A stretch of DNA of 64,000 nt from Rhodothermales bacterium (GTDB lineage Bacteria; Bacteroidota; Rhodothermia; Rhodothermales; Bin80), in contig JAJECV010000070.1 of the NCBI GenBank assembly GCA_022821875.1, positions 18,676 to 82,675 on the forward strand. The letters run 5' to 3'. The notes below the pieces were generated by a model. It searched no databases and was not told the DNA's origin. It saw nothing but the letters and a program-made list of their open reading frames with translations. Shown piece after piece: positions 38,073 to 45,900 of this stretch (the first letter of the stretch is position 1; every line of letters starts with the position of its first letter). The position numbers were made by a program, and so were the translations under genes.

Positions 38073-38505
38073 GGGAGTGTGGCAAGGTCAATGTGAACGA
38101 TTCCTTTCGGGACATTGTTACGATCGGTTTTGAAAAAATTCTCATACGTAACTCCAAGGGCTGCCATGATTCCCGCCGGGAATAGTTCACCCTGGTATTT
38201 TGATTTCATGGCATACCGAGGGGACGAAAATCAAGCAATACCGGATCAAGGAGATCTTCATTGACACCCATCGTATACCAGACTCCGTCGTAGTCTTCCG
38301 GCAATTCTTTGTTGGACACAAAACTGCCATTGAGTAATACGGAACGACATCCCGCAGCAGCCAAGTTCTTCAAAGCAGCAAGTAATCCAAACAGTAAACG
38401 AGACCTATGCCCGTTAAAACCAAAATGGTCGGAGAAATTTGTCCAGTTCATCCGATGCGTTCCTGCTGGCAAATAGCCTGTCTCTGAATCAAAGTTTGGC
38501 AACAT
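38069..38505 (-). pseudogene. Minimal nucleotidyltransferase-like (DUF6932-like) gene, split into two overlapping ORFs (38505-38206 and 38209-38069)
   Basis: 'LPAGTHRMNWTNFSDHFGFNGHRSRLL...LLNGSFVSNKELPEDYD' (GS...DxD-like) is in ORF 1. A 46-aa ORF follows (MKSKYQGELFPAG...FFKTDRNNVPKGIVHIDL) that reads like the family C-terminus. The junction is ATGA and the second frame opens only 7 codons upstream. Confidence 0.45.
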
Positions 38506-38794
38506 TGTCAACAAGTACAACAATATCATTGTGTTACTGTTCCCAAGGAATGTCTTCCCACAATGAACTCTCACTGATAACGGTTTCCATTCAGCATTCC
38601 CCCTGCCTTGCACTTATATGGAAGGCTTAATAATTATTCACATCCCCCACTGATGGTCAGTATTTACCGCATCAGTCAATTTTCCCTGAATCTGAACCGC
38701 CCATCCAAACGAAAAACCGGACTGCAGCAATTCATTCAACGCCTTGAGACTCTGACGGGTGCAGCAACGAATTGCTGGAGGCCGATTACCAATA

Positions 38795-39451
38795 TTACAG
38801 TACGCTCGGATTAGTAAGCCCGGCGAAATAGTCTTTCAGATTATTCCACCTTAGCACAAGCGCTTCCTGCGACACTTCCTCACTTTTTTCTAGACGCACA
38901 AAGAATCTGCACTTCCCTTCTATGCGTCCGTCTCCTAGTCTATACATCTCTCTGGCAAAGTCAATCATTTCGGATTCACTGAGTTCTCTTTGATCATACG
39001 GGCGAACATACTGCTGTAACCCAGGCCACCCAGACTCTATGAGTTGTGTATTCAATCTAATTTGGTAGTCCGCTGGATTCACCCGGATCGTCATGGGGGA
39101 ATTGGGCTGCTTATCTTCGTCTCTTCCCAGACAACTGCGACTCCCGATTTTCCCCTCATCGTCCAGCAAATTCTCGATGGAGTCCTTAAGAACAATCACC
39201 AACTGAGCACTTGGATATTCATTTAGATACTCGTCAAATACATCCAGGAGGCTGTCTACCTGGGTTTGCAATTCGCTTATTGAGTCACGGAGTATCTCAT
39301 CGGTTTCTGGATTATCTAATCCATCATCGGCCGAATTATTATTGATGTAGGCCACCGTAACCGTACCCGAAAGAAATGCAATGACTAAAATTGCCGTCAT
39401 CAAATCGGTGATCGCGGGCCATACCGTAACCCTAGTCCGCTTCCGCCTCAT
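38795..39451 (-). CDS. MotB/TolR/ExbD-like single-pass membrane protein (stator plug/anchor candidate) with unrecognised periplasmic domain
   Basis: The N-terminus 'MRRKRTRVTVWPAITDLMTAILVIAFL' has basic residues followed by a TM helix carrying an Asp, in the W-x-x-x-(T/A)-D-L-M-T context typical of MotB/TolR. The start overlaps the upstream stop (TAATG). No OmpA-like peptidoglycan-binding motif was seen. Confidence 0.5.
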   Translation of the reverse strand: MRRKRTRVTVWPAITDLMTAILVIAFLSGTVTVAYINNNSADDGLDNPETDEILRDSISELQTQVDSLLDVFDEYLNEYPSAQLVIVLKDSIENLLDDEGKIGSRSCLGRDEDKQPNSPMTIRVNPADYQIRLNTQLIESGWPGLQQYVRPYDQRELSESEMIDFAREMYRLGDGRIEGKCRFFVRLEKSEEVSQEALVLRWNNLKDYFAGLTNPSVL

Positions 39452-41025
39452 TACTTTTCCCTTTCCATCTCCTTAACCATATCCGAAATAAGGTGAACAA
39501 GGCCCTGGATAATTTTTTCCAGGCTCTCGTGTGTATGCTGAACAGTTTCAATGTACATGTTCATCTTATCAGAGAGTGGGGCTAACGCTTCCGCGGTAGT
39601 GGAACCTACCACCTCGTTGATATTCGTCCCCACTTCCTCTAATTCCTTTGGAATTCCCGATAGAACTTGCGCGGCCTCTCGCAATTTATCTCCAAACTGC
39701 TGCGCAGCCTCAGGCATAGTCGCCGCCGTCTCCTCCAATCGTACAGCTATTCCTCCTAGAGGATTAACAATATGCTCCTCCATTTTATCGCGAAGTTCGC
39801 CGAAAGAATCAACGATTTTCTGGTTCTCGCTGATGAGCTTATTGATCTGGATAGCCTGACTATTTTCAAGTGAATCTGTGAATTCGGATAAGGAATCAAT
39901 GATTCTCTGATTCTCGCTGACGAGACTCCCAAACCGACGATCCTGACTACTTTCAAGCGATCTGATGAATTCGGATAAGGACTTGATTACCGTCTGATTC
40001 TCGGTGACAATCTTGTTGATCAGGTGCTCTTGCTTACTTTCAAGCGACTTCCCGAACTGGGATATTGCTTCCTGAAAAGCCCTGTCCAGTCCACTCACAT
40101 AGTTTCTTACCTCCCTTCCAAAAATCTCGTCTATCTTCTCCGCGTTAATTGATTTTTGGATTTTACCGGGTAGCCGCTCAATTTCTGTTGTTAGGGATTT
40201 TCTTTCATTAATCAGTCTTCTTAGAGAATCATCAACTCTCTCCAGCAAGTTTTGCTGATCTGTCTGGATTTTTGCGACGGATCCTTGCTGCTCCTTTGAA
40301 TAATTCTTTAATTCTATAAGCACTTCGTCGATTTTTTGGGTAACATCTTTCTGATTTTCCAATGCATCCCAAACAATAGCCTGTTGTTCTCCAAAACGCC
40401 TCTGCATATCATTCATCACGGCGGTCTGCCCTTGAAGAAACTCTGGAATCATCTCAAAAAGATCCAAAGCATCCGCCTCATTCCATGCCTCTGTCAACTC
40501 TTCTAGTTGTTTACTTAATTCGGATTCTGGGACTTTCTCTTGTGCCTGCGCATCCAGTAGTTCGGCTTCCTTCTTGCTTATCTGGTCATGTGCAGTGGAC
40601 AATATGCTAGATGTAATGTAGAGATGATTCAAGACACCAATTAAACTGGAAAGCAAGGCAAGGAGGAGGCCCAAAATAATCGCCCCAAACCACACGGAAC
40701 TTATATCTCTTGAATAACCTACCCATAGCCCTGTGGAAATTGCCTCCAGAAGAAAAATACCCATTGTCCCCCCAATACCGGCTACAAGGGCAGCATTTGA
40801 AAATGATCGGACTTTCTCCAGGGGAAGTTCCACCATCCGGTCAAACTGATCAATGACCACATCCGATGCGGTGACATCCTTGATGTCAAACTTTCTCAGA
40901 CTCAGGATATGGTCAATTTCTCTTAAAGCACGGTCGGAATCTCCAAAAATCTTTTTCTGCCACCATATCAGAAAAACGAACGCCCCAATTTCTATGACAA
41001 GAATCAGTGCAGCGATAAATCCCAT
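39451..41025 (-). CDS. MotA/ExbB/TolQ-like membrane protein with ~380-aa cytoplasmic coiled-coil tail (ZorA-like architecture)
   Basis: Three TM helices (aa 1-24, 76-100, 110-137), with 'AGIGGTMGIF' where MotA/ExbB has its G-rich TM2 motif. A long heptad-rich tail follows, containing three 29-aa repeats. Confidence 0.45.
   Translation of the reverse strand: MGFIAALILVIEIGAFVFLIWWQKKIFGDSDRALREIDHILSLRKFDIKDVTASDVVIDQFDRMVELPLEKVRSFSNAALVAGIGGTMGIFLLEAISTGLWVGYSRDISSVWFGAIILGLLLALLSSLIGVLNHLYITSSILSTAHDQISKKEAELLDAQAQEKVPESELSKQLEELTEAWNEADALDLFEMIPEFLQGQTAVMNDMQRRFGEQQAIVWDALENQKDVTQKIDEVLIELKNYSKEQQGSVAKIQTDQQNLLERVDDSLRRLINERKSLTTEIERLPGKIQKSINAEKIDEIFGREVRNYVSGLDRAFQEAISQFGKSLESKQEHLINKIVTENQTVIKSLSEFIRSLESSQDRRFGSLVSENQRIIDSLSEFTDSLENSQAIQINKLISENQKIVDSFGELRDKMEEHIVNPLGGIAVRLEETAATMPEAAQQFGDKLREAAQVLSGIPKELEEVGTNINEVVGSTTAEALAPLSDKMNMYIETVQHTHESLEKIIQGLVHLISDMVKEMEREK
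39781..40023 (-). repeat. Three tandem ~87-bp (29-aa) repeats inside the coiled-coil tail
   Basis: The units are IVTENQTVIKSLSEFIRSLESSQ.. / VSENQRIIDSLSEFTDSLENSQ.. / ISENQKIVDSFGELRDKM. DNA-level recurrence of TGAATTCGGATAAGGA...CTGATTCTCG is visible. Confidence 0.8.
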
Positions 41026-41027
41026 AT

Positions 41028-42395
41028 TTATTTACTCTCGCACTCCCGGATTTTCGGAGAAGGTATCTTTGAGTGATAGTAACTGGGCTGTATGCCTTCC
41101 ATGAATTGCTCAAGCCCAAGGGTTAGATCGCTACGATGCTCAACTGATGACCAGTCGGCCCAGTCCGCGGACTCTCCATATTCTACTCCCACATCAATAG
41201 ATGTATCACTGCACACTCCGGTACGATCCCCACGGATCGTTTCTCGAAGTGCCTTACAGTTGAGGTCCATATTAATCTGTGCGGCCTCATTATCGTCCTT
41301 ACTCACGCGAATGATCCCCTTCACATCATCCGTTTCCACTGATGTAATCGTCACCAGACTGTCTGCAAATCTGCCGGCCAAACTATGTGTTCCACTGTCT
41401 TTGCAATAGTAACCGTGCTCCTTATCAAGCCCAACAGGCTGAAAACCTGTTCCTTCATAAGCCAGCCAGTCGAAATTGGCCTGCCCGGTTAAGGAGCCTA
41501 GAGTTATGGTCGTATGCTTCACCCCCAATCCAATATCCTCAATAGACTCCGTAAACTCTGTTGCCAGATTGTGTACAGGGTTGTTTTCACGGCTATCCCC
41601 CCCTGGCCTCCGTCCCATAATGAGAACATAGATTGGCCTCTTCGCAACTGCTTCCATGGACTGATAGCGCTGCTGGCCTTCATGAAACCAGCAGCCTAAA
41701 GGTCCGGGTACCGAACGACATGTTCCACTGTGTACCCCCCAGTAATCAATGCGAATGCCTACGATGGCAACATCAATTTCACCTGCATTGTAGTATGCCC
41801 TTATTGCTGGATCTTTGAAGTACGGCAGCAGGGCTGTAGCCCCGATTCCATAGTTGGTAGTCGTAATCAAATCAGTAACCAGTGCTGCCCCTTTGAGCGT
41901 GCCGCTCTTGAGTCCTTCAATCACATCTCGAATGCCCTGATCCAGACGGGATTCTCCACCGGTAAAAAATCCTCTGTTCAAAGTGCTTTCACAATCTACC
42001 GTTGTAATGGAATCCGTGATTCCAAGGCACTTGAGCGAAGACTCCCCGCCCCCGTAATCTGTGGTCAATCGCGCACTCTTCAATAAATTGTGGATCCTCT
42101 GAAGCGCGTCCTGACTGTCTGGATTCGTCCGATGAACATATCCTCCCATCGGAATAGACTGATCCCAAAGAAGTTGAAAAACATGCCTGACCGAGTCACG
42201 GTCTACCGATTCCCATAATGCCTCCGAATCCTCCCATACCGGTTCAACTTCCGCAGTGACGCTGAGAAACTCACCTTCTTCTCCATCCGAAGATGAGGCG
42301 CAGCCAATTTGCAAAAACATCCCGGTCACCAGAAATCCTGCACCCACGATTGTCATCCACCACTGCGTGTCGCTATTGGAGCCTTTCCGTATCAT
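41028..42395 (-). CDS. Lipoprotein of unknown function (455 aa)
   Basis: TM/signal 'WWMTIVGAGFLVTGMFLQIGCASSS' with a lipobox-like Cys, and several further Cys residues. It has an ATGA overlap with the upstream gene and a 2-nt gap to the downstream gene. Confidence 0.6.
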   Translation of the reverse strand: MIRKGSNSDTQWWMTIVGAGFLVTGMFLQIGCASSSDGEEGEFLSVTAEVEPVWEDSEALWESVDRDSVRHVFQLLWDQSIPMGGYVHRTNPDSQDALQRIHNLLKSARLTTDYGGGESSLKCLGITDSITTVDCESTLNRGFFTGGESRLDQGIRDVIEGLKSGTLKGAALVTDLITTTNYGIGATALLPYFKDPAIRAYYNAGEIDVAIVGIRIDYWGVHSGTCRSVPGPLGCWFHEGQQRYQSMEAVAKRPIYVLIMGRRPGGDSRENNPVHNLATEFTESIEDIGLGVKHTTITLGSLTGQANFDWLAYEGTGFQPVGLDKEHGYYCKDSGTHSLAGRFADSLVTITSVETDDVKGIIRVSKDDNEAAQINMDLNCKALRETIRGDRTGVCSDTSIDVGVEYGESADWADWSSVEHRSDLTLGLEQFMEGIQPSYYHSKIPSPKIRECESK

Positions 42396-42946
42396 ATTTG
42401 CGTCTGTGTTCGTGGTTTACCGGTGGATTTCAAATCCGCAACGAATTCCTGAATGTTTTCCAGGCGATTTAATGCATCCCTGAGGATTGAGGCTTGATGA
42501 TTCCGGCGGCGGTCAAGTTGCCGCAGTACTCCATTCGCCAATTTCATCGCCCCTTTGACCGGTAGAGAAAGTAACCTAGAAGAAATCTGAGTACCCCGCC
42601 CGGATGTTTTTTGTGACCGAGAATAAACTGCTCTGGAATCCCCCTGCACTTCTGCCGGAAGTTCTCTCATTGTCTGAAATCGGGGCAAATTCTCTGCAAC
42701 ATCCAGCATATTTTGAAGGACACGTTGATCCAGCGAAGCGGGACGGCGATGTATTTTTGCATCAAGGCGACCCAGTTTTTCAATCACTGACTGGATAACT
42801 GGAATCGCCCCCCATTTGACCAGGAGAGAAGAAATCCGCAGCAGGACTGCTTCGTATAGAGAAATGCTGATCAGCGACAGATGGGACACAAGAAGCATGA
42901 AGCCTTCAAAATTTAGACTTGGCTCATTCATTGTAATCACAAACAT
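42392..42946 (-). CDS. Small helical protein with hydrophobic N-terminus (184 aa), unknown function
   Basis: ORF in an operon context. 'FMLLVSHLSLISISLYEAVLLRISSLLV' could be a TM or amphipathic anchor. No motif was recognised. Confidence 0.5.
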   Translation of the reverse strand: MFVITMNEPSLNFEGFMLLVSHLSLISISLYEAVLLRISSLLVKWGAIPVIQSVIEKLGRLDAKIHRRPASLDQRVLQNMLDVAENLPRFQTMRELPAEVQGDSRAVYSRSQKTSGRGTQISSRLLSLPVKGAMKLANGVLRQLDRRRNHQASILRDALNRLENIQEFVADLKSTGKPRTQTQI

Positions 42947-42992
42947 GTACGACTCCCATCTTTCACTTCAGCAGGCAATAGTCCTCTGGAAT

Positions 42993-45900
42993 CTATCCTT
43001 CCTGGAATTCCCTTGACTTGAGCACATTCTCCCAGATAAGGGCTGCAATCGGTGCATCTACCGTATCATCACTCCGCGTTGCCTCGTCACCCGAAATGCT
43101 GTCATTGATTTCTTTCATGAAGATATCTTCAATCCTTTTTACGCCTTCGCCACTATTTGGAGAATGTATAATGAGCGGTGGATTGAATTCACCAATACAC
43201 AAACTAACCGACCTGCTGACTCCCTCAAATGGAAGTTTCTCATACCAATTTCTCCGTTCATCTTCGGTCCCTCTACTAAGGAGCAGCACATCCGACAAAG
43301 GAAAGCGATGGCTTCCCGCAACCGCTTTCTCCGGGCTCATACTCTTGCCGACCGCATGCTTAATTGGTCCGAGTTTCGGCGGCGAATCGTCCTTGTAATC
43401 AGCCGGGTACCACACCTTTTCTAGTGAAATACCCTCAAAGCCTACTTCTTTCCAAAGTTTGATGGCACGCTGCTTCACCCACTCTTCCATATCTTCCTGA
43501 ATCTCCTTATAACTCGTTCTACGGTACCAAAGACGCCACCCATTCCCCTTGAGATGGACGATGAGTTTTAACTTCTGAAGATCGCTCTCCGATTCCAGTA
43601 ACGGTAAGACATTTTTCGCAACATAGGCGACGAGGTTGCGAGCCAGAAAATCATTAATGACCCGGAAGTATCGATTGATTAATTCCCTTGCATCATTAGC
43701 ATCCTGAGGCTTTTCAAACCCCTTAAGTTTTAAAGCATCAGCACTCCAGTTCCTGCTCTGAGTTCCGAACAATTTCTCTGATCCAACCGAGCGCATCCAC
43801 GCACGTAGTTGTTCAAATGCCTTATCCGGCTTCCAGCCTCTATTCCTTGGCAAGTATTTTTCTGAGTGCCTTGCTAAAACTTGAAGAAGAAGATCACTCC
43901 CCATCTTTACACTTTCCGCCACCTCGCCAAATCCCCTGTCCTCAGACCCATAACTGTCTATATCCTTCGTCGCCATGAATATATCCAATGTTCCACCACC
44001 TAAATCAGCCACAAGTTTCACCGCAATCGGAATTCCTGGCCCTATTGAATCGAATGCGGCACTTGACTCGCTGTATAGCCCATTACCTTTGGCCCCTTCA
44101 CGGCCTTCCGTGAGCATGAACTTCGATCCAAGATCATCTTCACAGACATCCAATACCTTAACGACTACTTCCCCATAACGACTTGTAGCCTGCGTGGTGG
44201 TTCCACGCAAAGGGTACGTGAAAGTGACCTCAACTGTCCCAGGCAAACTCTCTTCACGCTTAGCGATATCTGCCAGGAAAATTTCGATTGCCATCCTGAG
44301 ATACCTCTCCCGAAGCCATTCTTCCTTCTGCGTAAATCGACCTCTATCCATCTCCCATTTGAACCCGGATATAATATGATTCTGGAGATCTGAGCGCTGC
44401 AGTTGCATAACGGGGATTGCATAATGCGTCATCGGAGCCCATTCATCCTTGAATCTCTCGGTCTCTACAGAATCAAGCTCTCCGAAAGACCAGAGATCTG
44501 ACGGCAGTAGCGCCTTTGATATTTTGTCCTCTTCCCCCTTTTTATAGGTTGGTCGCCATGTATCCAGTCCCATCTCTGCAAGGTGACCATCATAGTTTTG
44601 ACTGATATGCAACGATAAGCCATCCTCACCTGACAGTTCATTGTTAAGATTGACCAAATGTTTCTCATTAATCTGGTATGCGGCAACGGTATGGGAAGTC
44701 CCAAAATCTATGGCGAGTTTCCAGGTATTCTCGTCTCTGGAATATTCCTTCAGGCAAATTACATAGATCCCCGCATCACGATCTGTTTTGTGATCGTAGG
44801 CAGATAAAGCTACAGGCGGCCCTCCCACGTGTCGGCCATCCTTGAAATCCACGGCCTGACTGTATCCAGGGCGACTCAGTGGTCGCTTCTTCAACTCGGA
44901 CAGACTGCCTTCCTTGTCCAGATAAATGGTTTGAGCCTCCAGTCTTGGAGAATTCTCATACAGATAATAAGCACGCCACTGCTCCTTCCCGTTCGGCGCT
45001 TTAATGTTGGGCCAGATCATCCAGTGAGCATTTGAAGATTCGATACCATCCACAGAAATCGTGACCGGAACTGGTTCAGATCGCCCCAGAAGATCCAAGT
45101 TCCAATGAACGACTTTACGCCCTCTATCTACATTACCGGATTGTTTGAGCCGTCTCCAGGCATGGTCGTGATCTATGCATTTTTCTCCCTCATTTTTCTC
45201 GCCTTTCGGGATCTTCAAGAGATCAATGTAATCCGGGCGAAGCGGAATATCTGGATATAGCGTTTTATTTTCTCCGGTTCCATTCACCGATTTTTGGGTC
45301 AAAGGGACACAAGTATCAATCTGAATCGTTTCCCTGTCAATGACCTGCAGGTTCCGGATGTAGATTGGCTCTTCGCCTAACGTTTCCCTGATCCAGATGC
45401 CTCTATTCTCTTGGTCCCTCCTCCACGCAAAAATTTTACGCGTTTCCTGAAGTTGATCCAAATGCTCCCTCCATATTGCTCCAATCGTATAGTCAATATT
45501 TCTGGGCAATCGAAAGTTCTTGATGATCTCGAATGTTTCAGATTTGCGAGATTTCTCAACGGTACACTTTTCAAACTCGGGGACTCCGCTGATCAATTCA
45601 TCAATGCTTTTCTCCGCACCCTTTCTGCCGGGATCAAGATCTTCAAACAGATACAGAGAATCCCCCATAACGGGCATGGGGATTTTTACGTCGCCGCCCG
45701 GTAAAGGCAGCCATTCTGCAACCCCGAACGGACCGGCTTCCGCGTCCAAATGCGTGTCTAAGACATCAACCCAGATCCGGGAAGTCTCTTTGGCAACTTT
45801 GTCCTTAACATGGCTTTCCACGCAGTTCAGCCAACCTCTGACACACTTTCTGGCTTTTTCCCCCTCGAATCCCCAATCCGTAGAATCCCTCCAGGCGGAT

